Shown one piece after another: positions 41,353-50,674 of a DNA stretch of 64,000 bases. Position 1 is the first letter of the stretch. Each line of letters opens with the position of its first letter. A program made the translations under genes and the position numbers. This DNA comes from Deferribacterales bacterium (lineage in GTDB: Bacteria; Chrysiogenota; Deferribacteres; Deferribacterales; Geovibrionaceae): assembly GCA_050251945.1 (NCBI GenBank), contig JBFWLW010000001.1:320001-384000 (forward strand). The letters run 5' to 3'. The notes under the pieces are model-generated. The model was given only the letters and a program-made list of their open reading frames with translations, was not told the DNA's origin and searched no databases.

Positions 41353-41375
41353 AGGCGACCTTCCGGTCGCCTTTC

Positions 41376-41633
41376 TTATTTCCTTTTAAACATATAACTT
41401 TTAAGCGCTCCCCAGTTCAGATAAATGTGGAACAGGGTGATCATCGCCATCAATACCGAACCGTATTCGTGAGTTCTCTTCAGTACAAGCCCGAAACTTA
41501 TTGCTTCGACAGCTTTGTGTGCTGCATCAGGTCTGGGACCGTGAGGCATAAAGAAAATTGTTAATCCTGTTACGGCAGATATGATGAACAGGGCAAAAGT
41601 AATAATGGAAACAGTATTTCTGTATTTTGACAT
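41376..41633 (-). CDS. DUF4405-like small membrane protein
   Basis: SAVTG TM helix, then HEY...FHIYLNW His pattern. Confidence 0.7.
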   Translation of the reverse strand: MSKYRNTVSIITFALFIISAVTGLTIFFMPHGPRPDAAHKAVEAISFGLVLKRTHEYGSVLMAMITLFHIYLNWGALKSYMFKRK

Positions 41634-41756
41634 GTTTTCCCTCCACGGGAAAATATGCAAACAGCATGCCATTTAATATTTTGTTATTCAACAATTATTT
41701 ACAATATAATGCGTATGCGTATTTTTCACACATGATGGAAAAATTTGCACACTTCT

Positions 41757-42569
41757 TTATTTACGTTTGCCAAGCTCTCTGGATTTTTCCGCTGCAGCTT
41801 CCACAGCGTTCATAACTGTCGCCCGCATAGCACCTTTTTCAAGTTCGTGCAGACCGCATATGGTCGTTCCGCCGGGTGACGTAACGCCGTCTTTAAGTTC
41901 TCCGGGGTGTTTTTTGGTCTCTATGACCATCTTTGCCGCTCCCATCACAGTCTGTGCGGCAAGAAGAGTTGCGTCGGCACGCATGAGCCCCATTTTAACG
42001 CCGGCATCGCTGAGCGCCTCGATAAACTGATAAACGTATGCGGGTCCGCTGCCTGAAAGCCCTGTAACGGCATCTATTTTTGATTCGTCGACTATTATGC
42101 AGCTTCCGACGGCATCCAGCATGGATTTAACCGTGGCAAGGTCGTTATCAGTGGCAGACTTGCCGCCGCATATAGCCGCCGCACCGCTGAGAACCAGCGC
42201 CGGAGTGTTAGGCATAACGCGCACGATATGCGTATCTTCACCAAGAAAACTCTCTATATATTCTGTAGTTATCCCCGCCGCGATGGAAACGATGAGCTTA
42301 TCGCGCACCCTGCCCTTAAGCTGGCGAAGAACAACGGATATTATCTGCGGTTTCACAGCAAGAACTATTATATCTGCAAAATCGGCAACCTTTTTGTTGT
42401 CTTTGGCAACGCCATCGATACCGTAGACGGTACGGATAACCTCCAGCCTGTCGACGCTGGAATCGCTGACTGCAAATTCCGTTTTAAGCTCGGATGCGAG
42501 AAGCCCCTTAATTATTGCTTCCGCCATGTTTCCGGCTCCGATAAAACCTATTTTCAGAGTTTCAGTCAT
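41757..42569 (-). CDS. proC: Pyrroline-5-carboxylate reductase
   Basis: GFIGAGNMA, LAVKPQ, RVMPNTP, SGSGPAY and VTSPGGTT. Confidence 0.95.
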   Translation of the reverse strand: MTETLKIGFIGAGNMAEAIIKGLLASELKTEFAVSDSSVDRLEVIRTVYGIDGVAKDNKKVADFADIIVLAVKPQIISVVLRQLKGRVRDKLIVSIAAGITTEYIESFLGEDTHIVRVMPNTPALVLSGAAAICGGKSATDNDLATVKSMLDAVGSCIIVDESKIDAVTGLSGSGPAYVYQFIEALSDAGVKMGLMRADATLLAAQTVMGAAKMVIETKKHPGELKDGVTSPGGTTICGLHELEKGAMRATVMNAVEAAAEKSRELGKRK

Positions 42570-43402
42570 TTTTCGCTCCTGTCTTTCAGCCAAACGGCAA
42601 TATTTGCAAACATCTCATCTCTATGCTGATTCAGGTGGGATGTCAATATATGAGTTTGCCCGTCTTTATCCGGAAATTCAACATACAATTTATCTTCTGA
42701 TCCGGCACGTCCGAAAAAGTTCTTCGTTGCCTTTGCGCTGACTATCATGTCTCCGGGAAACTGAAAACCAAGAAGCGGCATCTTAAAATCAGATGTGAAC
42801 CCTGCCGTATATACTGTAAGCCTGTAAAGTTCGGCAACGCCTTTCATCGGCCAGTTGTCGTAAAATATATCCGAATACTGCATGTCAAAACCTATTTTCG
42901 GCATAACAGGCATAAATTTACTGATTATGGGCGTAAGAAAGGTCATCGGAGATTTTATTTTTATGCACGGAGCAAGCAGTACGGCGCCGTCCAACCCGTT
43001 CAGATGCGCCGTCATAAGCGATACAAGACCGCCCATAGATGAACCTGCGATAAAGACTTTTTTGCAGTTTCTTCTGAGAATAAACAGTCCGTATTTTACG
43101 GAATCGTACCAGTCTGCGTATGTGATCATATTGAGATAGCGATAATCAGATGCATGTCCCGCAAGACGCACATTGTAAGTGCTGAATCCCTGACCTGTCA
43201 GGTATTCCTCCAGCGGCTGCATCTCCAGCGGGCTTGATGTGAACCCGTGGACAAGGAGAATTCCAACGTCCCCCCTCTTCTCAAAACGGGGGTAATTGGC
43301 TTTCAGTGCAACGTTTTCTGATTCTGCGCGTTTAAAGTCCAGATCGTGCAGTTCGATATCTTCGACCTCTGAAAGGTCTTTAAAAGGTTTCAGTTCAATC
43401 AT
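42566..43402 (-). CDS. Alpha/beta-fold carboxylesterase/monoacylglycerol lipase-like protein
   Basis: LVHGFTSSP, GSSMGG nucleophile elbow, downstream Asp and His. Confidence 0.85.
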   Translation of the reverse strand: MIELKPFKDLSEVEDIELHDLDFKRAESENVALKANYPRFEKRGDVGILLVHGFTSSPLEMQPLEEYLTGQGFSTYNVRLAGHASDYRYLNMITYADWYDSVKYGLFILRRNCKKVFIAGSSMGGLVSLMTAHLNGLDGAVLLAPCIKIKSPMTFLTPIISKFMPVMPKIGFDMQYSDIFYDNWPMKGVAELYRLTVYTAGFTSDFKMPLLGFQFPGDMIVSAKATKNFFGRAGSEDKLYVEFPDKDGQTHILTSHLNQHRDEMFANIAVWLKDRSEK

Positions 43403-44388
43403 CAGTATATACTGCCATCCATGTCGCTGTAGAGTCTTTCAAAAAATTCTTTTCTGTTCTGATCATATCTGGGCGCAAAATGGAAAAACCGTACTTTTTC
43501 CGCGCCGCTCTCTCTGAAAATCTTCTTTGAAAGGGTCATGGTCAGGTGTTTCTTAATATCTGCATGTTCGGCATCCTCTTCCAGAAAAACACACTCTATG
43601 AGCAAAACGGATGTGTCTTTCGCAAGAGCGACAGCTTTTTCATAATTTTCTTCACTGGGCGCAATGTCAGTTATAAAAGTGACGGATTTCGGCTTAACAT
43701 GTTCAATGAACCTGTCCTTCGCCTCTCTTATGGTCATTCTGACCGAACCGCCTTTGCTCTCCGCTTCAATTTCACCTTCCAGTTCGTCGGCAAGCACCCT
43801 TCTTTTCAGCTCGCCTATCCATCTGCCGGACATAAAACCGTCATCAAGGGCATCTTTTTTGACTGCGACCATCTCCCTTTCAGTAACTCTGTAACCGACG
43901 GACGGCACCCTGTGGTCGAAAATATCAAAATCCAGACGAAAACCGTCGCCGAGAACAATATCCCCGTGTTTAACGGAGCCTTTGACCATTTCAAAGCCGT
44001 CAGCGGCTGAAAACACTGCTGTTTCGTACTCTTTCTTTTCAGAATTAAGCTCGATGACCTCGTAGCTGACCGGATAACTCTTTATCAGGTTCCATGTATA
44101 CGCGTCTATCTTTCCGCGAACGTTCTTTATTATGCCCTGCGGACCGAAAACGCGAAACCGTTTGCCGGAAAGGAGTGTTCCTCTCAGGATTCTGTCGAAC
44201 CCGTAGAAATGGTCTATGTGTGTGTGGCTTATGAATATTTCAGATATGGCAAGAACTTCGGAGTTTGTCAGTCCGCCGAGCTTGCCGCAATCGAAAAGAA
44301 AACCTTCCGTCTTGTACACGTTGCGTACGAAGAACGACGTATCCTCGAAAGGCGAATTAACCTGCTTTATATCAAAATTATGCTTCAT
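43402..44388 (-). CDS. RNase Z-like MBL-fold hydrolase
   Basis: LFDCG, SHTHIDHF, DH.VPSVGY, flexible-arm region and FHFAPRY. Confidence 0.8.
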   Translation of the reverse strand: MKHNFDIKQVNSPFEDTSFFVRNVYKTEGFLFDCGKLGGLTNSEVLAISEIFISHTHIDHFYGFDRILRGTLLSGKRFRVFGPQGIIKNVRGKIDAYTWNLIKSYPVSYEVIELNSEKKEYETAVFSAADGFEMVKGSVKHGDIVLGDGFRLDFDIFDHRVPSVGYRVTEREMVAVKKDALDDGFMSGRWIGELKRRVLADELEGEIEAESKGGSVRMTIREAKDRFIEHVKPKSVTFITDIAPSEENYEKAVALAKDTSVLLIECVFLEEDAEHADIKKHLTMTLSKKIFRESGAEKVRFFHFAPRYDQNRKEFFERLYSDMDGSIY

Positions 44389-45922
44389 TAATAAGAAATC
44401 CCAGTATTTTCATAGCGTTGTCTTCCGCTCTGCCGGTAGTTTCCATCTCAAAGTCTGCGCCAATGTTCTGCGCGGTCTTCTTCTGACTCTCGTATATCTC
44501 GATACGCCCGTCAGTGACGCATATCTTGTTCTTGCGTCTTTCCAGACGAGCCAGAATTTCTTCTTCTGATGCGAAAAAGCGTATTTTCAGAAAATCACCC
44601 TTGTAAGAAACTTTAACTCTGTCCAGATATTCCATTTTGCTGAAACTGCCGTCGATAACGCTCATGCGACCGAGTTTTCTGTTGGTCTCCGCCATCATGC
44701 CAAGTTCTTCATAGAGTTTCAGGGAATTCTCTTTGGAATAGATATCAACGCCGAAATCAACGTGGACTTTGCTTTCGGGGTCAATGCCGTGCATAACTTT
44801 GCGCACAACGTCGGTGTTTATGTGCCTGACAGGGAAAATCTCGCTGAACACTTTTGCGTTCCTTGTTTTTCCGGACGCCATAAGCCCGTAAAAGATAAAA
44901 CTTTTTGTCCCGAACATATTTGACGCGTAGAGAGCCGCCATGTTCATAAGCTTAGTAACGTCATCTTTATTCTTTTTATAATGTTCCCAGTTTTCGTCTT
45001 TTGAGCTGAGCAGGAAACAGGTCACTTTCGCGCGGACATATGCCCTGTAGCAGCGATAAAAATTCAGCAGTTTTTTGGAATCCTCATCATCGTAAACCTT
45101 GAAAAAGCCCTCCAGAAGCCCGTCTGAGAATTCAGTTTTTCCCATCTGGTCAACTTCCATGCTGAGAAAGCCTATTTCAGACATAACGTCGTTGAATCTG
45201 AACCTCTGGTTAAACTCGATACAGTCGATAAGACCGAAGTCATCCCCGTCCATATAGATATGTTCAAGGCGTAAATCGCCATGTCCGTCAACAACATAAC
45301 CTTCTTTTAGCCTGCGGTCGAAAAGTTCCTTGTTCTCGTCCAGAAATTTCATGGTCTGCTTTTTTATGAAATCAAACTGTGCCGCGTTTATCAGACCGCC
45401 CTTGTAGCCTTCGGTCTGGGAGAAATTCTCTTCACAGTTGAAACGAACGATGTCATAACTGCCGTTGGCTTCCGCAGAAGACGGATCTGTTTTTATATTT
45501 TTAAAGAGTTTCGCGATATTCCCGCCTATTTTAACCGCATCTTCGGTGCCGACTTCGCCGTTTGCCACTTTCGCGGACAAAAAAGCGTCGTCCTTGATCC
45601 GTTTCATCTTAACACAGTAATCTATAGTGAGAAGTGAGCTGTCATATTTGACAAGGTCGAATGATTTCTCTCTGCGGACTATTTTCAGAACGTCCAGATA
45701 TATATCCTTACAGAAGCGCTCGTTCAGCTCTTTTTCCAGTATGCACATGGCCTTGCGTTTTTTTTTCGAGCTGAAATCAAGGAATCCGAAATCCACCGAC
45801 TTTTTAACTTTGTAAACGTAATCGTCTTTCAGAAACACATAAGAAATGTGAGTTTCCACGATTTTGTCCGGTTTAATAAGTTCTTTCATAACAGTTACTA
45901 CCGGAGTTTCGGTGATTTCCAT
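44378..45922 (-). CDS. Fused aminoglycoside-phosphotransferase-like kinase / P-loop (AAA_33) kinase
   Basis: ETHISYVFL, KVKK.VDFGFLDFS, DGHGDLRLEH, IDCIEFN, YRAYVRAKV, then GLMASGKT and D.VRK. Confidence 0.85.
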   Translation of the reverse strand: MEITETPVVTVMKELIKPDKIVETHISYVFLKDDYVYKVKKSVDFGFLDFSSKKKRKAMCILEKELNERFCKDIYLDVLKIVRREKSFDLVKYDSSLLTIDYCVKMKRIKDDAFLSAKVANGEVGTEDAVKIGGNIAKLFKNIKTDPSSAEANGSYDIVRFNCEENFSQTEGYKGGLINAAQFDFIKKQTMKFLDENKELFDRRLKEGYVVDGHGDLRLEHIYMDGDDFGLIDCIEFNQRFRFNDVMSEIGFLSMEVDQMGKTEFSDGLLEGFFKVYDDEDSKKLLNFYRCYRAYVRAKVTCFLLSSKDENWEHYKKNKDDVTKLMNMAALYASNMFGTKSFIFYGLMASGKTRNAKVFSEIFPVRHINTDVVRKVMHGIDPESKVHVDFGVDIYSKENSLKLYEELGMMAETNRKLGRMSVIDGSFSKMEYLDRVKVSYKGDFLKIRFFASEEEILARLERRKNKICVTDGRIEIYESQKKTAQNIGADFEMETTGRAEDNAMKILGFLINEA

Positions 45923-46747
45923 CTATTTCCCCCTGTATGATCTCAGTTTTTTTATTTCTTCTTTATAATCTTCTTCAACGGGCGTTTCCAATATGCCCAA
46001 AACATCGTTAAATCTTTTGTCGTTAACAACCTTTTTGAAAAATTCTTCACCAATTTCTCCGTCAGCAATAAGTTCGTGTCTGTCCAGACGTGAACCGAGC
46101 GGCTTTTTGCTGTCGTTAAGGTGAAACACCTTTATCTTATCCGCGAAAACACGGAAAAATTCATCAAAAACTTCGTCATATGCATCGACTATATCATATC
46201 CGGCAGCAAAAATGTGGCAAGAATCAAGGCAAACGCCTATTTTATCGCCGTGTCTGCATTTTTCTATTATACGCGCGATTTCCTCAACTCTGTGACCAAT
46301 GCAGGTACCCATTCCGGAAGTAGTCTCAAGCAGTGTCATAGCGGAAAATCCGCCCTCATCGTAGGCTCTGTCCAGAAACTCTGCCACGCTTTCGATCCCT
46401 GCGTCAACGCCTGCCTTCATATGCGCTCCCGGGTGTATCACATGAAAAGGCACTGTGAGCCTGTCGCACCTTAAAAGCTCGTCTTTAAATGATATAAACG
46501 ATTTGGAGGCTGTTTCCGGATTAATTGCGGCAGGATTTATAAGATATGAGGCGTGTGAGCAGACCTTCAGCCCGCTTTCAGCAAGCGCAGACGAAAAAGC
46601 AAGAGCCTCATTGCCTGAAAGCGGTTTGCCCTCCCATCTGTTCTTGTTCTTTACAAAAATCTGAAGGCACTCACAGCCGTCTGCAAGTGCCCTCTCGATA
46701 CTTTTATCTATTGAACCTGTTATTGATTTATGTGCGCCAATGAGCAT
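45923..46747 (-). CDS. nfo: Endonuclease IV
   Basis: IGAH, QIF, HASYLIN, HPG, LET, CLDSCHIFAAGYD, HLNDSK, DRH and ETP. Confidence 0.93.
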   Translation of the reverse strand: MLIGAHKSITGSIDKSIERALADGCECLQIFVKNKNRWEGKPLSGNEALAFSSALAESGLKVCSHASYLINPAAINPETASKSFISFKDELLRCDRLTVPFHVIHPGAHMKAGVDAGIESVAEFLDRAYDEGGFSAMTLLETTSGMGTCIGHRVEEIARIIEKCRHGDKIGVCLDSCHIFAAGYDIVDAYDEVFDEFFRVFADKIKVFHLNDSKKPLGSRLDRHELIADGEIGEEFFKKVVNDKRFNDVLGILETPVEEDYKEEIKKLRSYRGK

Positions 46748-46750
46748 GTT

Positions 46751-47752
46751 CTATTTGAGTTCGCCCCTCTGAAATTTCAGATAGGTCTCAACTTCGTATT
46801 TTGAACCGATAACAAGCGGCTCTTTCTGGTGAAGAGTGTCAGGAACAATGTCCAGAATATCCTGAACGCCGTTTGTTGCTCTTCCCCCTGCATTTTCAAT
46901 GATATACGCCAGCGGAGCGCACTCGTAGAGCAGGCGCAGTTTACCGCGTTTATTCTTTTCGTCGGCAGGATAAAGGAAAACTCCGCCTTTAAGCAGGTTT
47001 CTGTGGAAATCCGCAACGAGAGAACCTATGTATCTTGCTGTATATTTTCTTTCCGGATGATTTTTGATATGTTCGATATATTTTATGGTTGGTTCGTCCC
47101 AATGATGATAATTAGCTTCGTTTATGCTGTATATATTTCCACATTCAGGAATTTTCATATTGGGGTGGCTGAGTATATATTCACCTATGCTGGGATCAAG
47201 TGTAAAGCCGTGTACTCCGTTCCCTGCGGAATACACCATCATCGTGGAAGAGCCGTATATCACATACCCTGCGGCGACCATCTTGCGTCCCGGCTGCATA
47301 AAGCTTTTACAGCATGGGGTATCTGTTTCGCCGTCCTGTCTTTTATAGATGCCGAATATTGTTCCGATGCTGATGTTAACGTCGATATTGCTTGAGCCGT
47401 CCAGCGGGTCGAATACAGCGAGGTATTTACCTTTAGGATATTCTTTCGGAACCTGAATGACTTCGTCGTTTTCTTCGGAAGCCATAGCACAAAGTTTTCC
47501 GAGGTGATCCATCGCCTCTATCATCTTTTTGTCGGCATAAACGTCAAGCTTCTGCTGTTCTTCGCCGTGAACGTTAATAGACTGAGCTTTTCCGATGATA
47601 TTTACGATACCCGCTTTATTCACCTCGCGACCTATTATCTTTGAGGCAAAAGCGATTGATTCAATAAGCATGGTAAAGTCGCCGGTAGCTTCGGGAAACG
47701 CCCTCTGCTCCTCGATAAGGAATCTGTTAAGATTCGTAACACCCTTTTCCAT
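46751..47752 (-). CDS. fbp: Fructose-1,6-bisphosphatase class 1
   Basis: GEEQQKLD, ASEE, FDPLDGSSN, RYIGSLVADFHR and GKLRLLYEC. Confidence 0.95.
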   Translation of the reverse strand: MEKGVTNLNRFLIEEQRAFPEATGDFTMLIESIAFASKIIGREVNKAGIVNIIGKAQSINVHGEEQQKLDVYADKKMIEAMDHLGKLCAMASEENDEVIQVPKEYPKGKYLAVFDPLDGSSNIDVNISIGTIFGIYKRQDGETDTPCCKSFMQPGRKMVAAGYVIYGSSTMMVYSAGNGVHGFTLDPSIGEYILSHPNMKIPECGNIYSINEANYHHWDEPTIKYIEHIKNHPERKYTARYIGSLVADFHRNLLKGGVFLYPADEKNKRGKLRLLYECAPLAYIIENAGGRATNGVQDILDIVPDTLHQKEPLVIGSKYEVETYLKFQRGELK

Positions 47753-47882
47753 AACACCCTCTTATATTTGTATACCTATTATTTGTGTTATATGTGAAGC
47801 ACTTATTAAGTGTAACCATTCGTTTTGAAAATGTAAAGAAAATAACAAGTATTAATTTTTCCTATAGGCAGAATATGCCAAT

Positions 47883-48584
47883 TTATATAATATCCATAAT
47901 GGTTTTCAGGCTTTTAAGAGGTTTCTCAAACACATGTCCGGCATAAGCGCCAAGAGCCGCAAGCACCTGTATCTCTTGTTTTCTGTTGATTGTCAAAGCC
48001 TTATACAACGGAGCATTGCCGAAACAGCGGATTATGTATGCCGATTCCCTGTCGCAAAAACTGTCAAGATCAAGCTCTTTGGCGCAGGTCGGGCAATACA
48101 TTCCGTTTGATGCAACGGTAAAAATATCCTCACCTGAAGAGCAGTTCGCACAGTTTTCGGTATCGTACATAAGCCCTGCGCGGCGCAGCATAAAATATAT
48201 CAGATAAGGTGTTATTTTTCTGTAATTTACGTCATCAACCTTAAGTATCAGGTCAAACAGGCGATCGTCAGGCATATCCACCTGATAAAGTCCGTCCAGT
48301 ATCTCGAAAACAAGATGCAGTCTAAGAATTATCTCATGATTATTCAGATACTTATAGAATCCCGTATCCGGCTCGAACGAATAGAATCTGCTGAGGTCAC
48401 TGTCTTTTCTGCCGATGTCGAGCAGCCCCGGAATAAAGGTCATCACCCCGCCTTTTTTCGTGTATGCCTTCGGCACAAACAGTTTCACTTTGCCGAAATC
48501 CCTTGAGAACGCCATGGCTATGGCGGAACTGTCGGAATACTTAACAAGACGGTATAGGATGGCGCCGGTTTTCTCTCTGCTCAT
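47883..48584 (-). CDS. recO: DNA repair protein RecO
   Basis: N-terminal OB-fold pattern (Y.DSS....FSRDFGKV) and a CxxC...CxxC zinc finger. Located downstream of era. Confidence 0.75.
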   Translation of the reverse strand: MSREKTGAILYRLVKYSDSSAIAMAFSRDFGKVKLFVPKAYTKKGGVMTFIPGLLDIGRKDSDLSRFYSFEPDTGFYKYLNNHEIILRLHLVFEILDGLYQVDMPDDRLFDLILKVDDVNYRKITPYLIYFMLRRAGLMYDTENCANCSSGEDIFTVASNGMYCPTCAKELDLDSFCDRESAYIIRCFGNAPLYKALTINRKQEIQVLAALGAYAGHVFEKPLKSLKTIMDII

Positions 48585-48632
48585 GCAGATACATTACTCC
48601 AAAACGACAGAAATCAAAGAGCTAATTTACGG

Positions 48633-49595
48633 TTACAGCCATCTTTTCTTGCGGAAGATAAGCACGGGCAGAATCGCGGAAACTATCATGAATACCCACG
48701 AAAGCCCGTAACCGTATTTCAGTCCCAGTTCCGGAAAATGCTTGAAGTTCATGCCGTAAATGCTCGCGACCAGTGTGGGCGGCAGGAAGATGACGTTTAC
48801 CACTGTAAATATCTTAATAACCTTGTTCTGTTCGATGTTTACGAAACCGAGAACTATGTTCTGGATGTAATCCATACGGTCGAAATTGTACTTAGCGTAA
48901 TCTATAAGCGAGTTAACGTCTTTGATCATGATACGGAAGTTGTTCTTTATTATCTCCGCCAGTTTATGCGATTTAAGCAGCGCGGAAATAATGCGCTGTT
49001 TATCAATAAGGCTGTCTCTGATGTTGGTGTTAAGGTTTTCGTAGTGATAGATATAATCCAGTATATCTTCGTTGTCGATGTCGTTTGCCGACAGTTTCTT
49101 GCGAAGACCGGATATGTTGCGCGAAAGCCCTTCGATGATATCCGCATCAAGGTCGATGCGCGTTTCAAAGATATAGCTTAAGATGTATGATCCGTCGCGG
49201 AAAATGCTGGGGCTTGAAACAAGTTTTTTCACGCACTCGTTGAAGACTTTCAGTTCTCTGTATCTCATTGTTACAAGAAGATTATTCTGAAGAATGAAAG
49301 TAACGGTCTCGTTATAGACCGCTTCACCCTCGACTATAAGGAAATAACTGTTTATTGTGATATCTTTATCGGATTCCCAGAAACGGGAGCTTATCTCAAT
49401 CTCTTCCGTTTCCTGTTTTGATGGAAATTCTATCTCAAATGACTTCGCTATAGTGTTTATGTCGTCGATGGAAGGGTTTATCATATCAATCCAGAGGACG
49501 TCGACGTCGCTTTCCAGCTCTTCCATATTTTCAAGATATTCGGAAAGTTCAAAAATTTTCAGACGGGAGTTGATGTTAGTATAAATCTTAACCAT
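48633..49595 (-). CDS. corA: Magnesium/cobalt transporter CorA
   Basis: LWID, EIEISSRF, QNKVIKIFT and PPTLVASIYGMNF. Confidence 0.93.
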   Translation of the reverse strand: MVKIYTNINSRLKIFELSEYLENMEELESDVDVLWIDMINPSIDDINTIAKSFEIEFPSKQETEEIEISSRFWESDKDITINSYFLIVEGEAVYNETVTFILQNNLLVTMRYRELKVFNECVKKLVSSPSIFRDGSYILSYIFETRIDLDADIIEGLSRNISGLRKKLSANDIDNEDILDYIYHYENLNTNIRDSLIDKQRIISALLKSHKLAEIIKNNFRIMIKDVNSLIDYAKYNFDRMDYIQNIVLGFVNIEQNKVIKIFTVVNVIFLPPTLVASIYGMNFKHFPELGLKYGYGLSWVFMIVSAILPVLIFRKKRWL

Positions 49596-49653
49596 GGCAC
49601 TTCTCCTTTCATAGCGCTGATAAACAAAGTTTTTCGGAAACGGTTCAATCCGT

Positions 49654-49686
49654 TCAGCGCGATCGGGAGTCGGAGGGCTGATCCAT
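49654..49686 (-). CDS. Putative corA leader peptide (MDQPSDSRSR)
   Basis: 10-codon uORF in the corA leader. Its stop lies in the 5' arm of a stem that ends next to the corA RBS. Confidence 0.4.
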   Translation of the reverse strand: MDQPSDSRSR

Positions 49687-49783
49687 CTCTGTGAAATACT
49701 GTCTCTGCACGCGCATCTGCGGATGCTTGACAGCGCTTATCCCAATATGTCTGTTTTTGGTTTTCGCAGAGATTCCTGTCATG

Positions 49784-50674
49784 TCAATAAAGCCCCTGTA
49801 ATCTCAGATATTCGTCTTTAGTCTGCCATCCTTCAATAACTTTAACATATAATTCCAGATAAATCTTTACACCGAAGAAATTTGACAAAGAAATGCGTGC
49901 CGCCGTACTTATCTCTTTAAGCTCACGCCCGCCCTTGCCTATAACTATCCCCTTCTGGGAATCACGGTTAACGATTATCGAAGCCGCAATGTACATCAAA
50001 TTGTCGTTTCTGTCTTCAATTTTTTCTGTTTCAACAATTATCTGATATGGAATCTCGTCTTTCAGTCTGCGGAACACCTGCTCTCTGATAAATTCAGAAA
50101 TAAGAAGTTTTTCCGGCTGTGTGGTTATCTCATCGTCGATAAAAAGAGGGTCGCCTTCCGGAAGCTCCTCAATGGTAAGCTCAATCAGCTTGTCCACGTT
50201 TGTACCTTTCAGAGCGGAAACGGGAAGCACATGTTTAAACTGGAGTTTAGGAAAAAATTTGTTAGCGGCGTCATAGATCTGTTCACGTTTAAAGTTGTCA
50301 ACTTTGTTAACCACCAGAAACTTAACTGCCTCAGTCTTTTCCAGCACTTTAACAAGGCTTTCAAGCTCCGGTCCCATAAACTCGTCGGGCTGCACAAGCA
50401 TATATATAACCTGCGCATTATCAAGGCTGTCTTTTGCCTGCTGAACCATCATCTTGTTTATGGAATCTTTTGCGTTGTGATACCCGGGGGTGTCTATGTA
50501 GATGATTTGGGAATCCTCTTTTGTGAGGATTCCCTGAATGTTTGTTCTTGTCGTCTGCGGTTTCGCGGACGTAATTGCTATCTTTTCGCCAAGGATGGCA
50601 TTAAGCAGTGTTGATTTGCCCACGTTGGGGCGTCCTACTATTGCTACGAAACCTGTTTTATGCTGTTTGTTCAT
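49784..50674 (-). CDS. era: GTPase Era
   Basis: GRPNVGKST, QTTR, DTPG, NKVD and the KH-domain IVIGKGG. Confidence 0.96.
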   Translation of the reverse strand: MNKQHKTGFVAIVGRPNVGKSTLLNAILGEKIAITSAKPQTTRTNIQGILTKEDSQIIYIDTPGYHNAKDSINKMMVQQAKDSLDNAQVIYMLVQPDEFMGPELESLVKVLEKTEAVKFLVVNKVDNFKREQIYDAANKFFPKLQFKHVLPVSALKGTNVDKLIELTIEELPEGDPLFIDDEITTQPEKLLISEFIREQVFRRLKDEIPYQIIVETEKIEDRNDNLMYIAASIIVNRDSQKGIVIGKGGRELKEISTAARISLSNFFGVKIYLELYVKVIEGWQTKDEYLRLQGLY

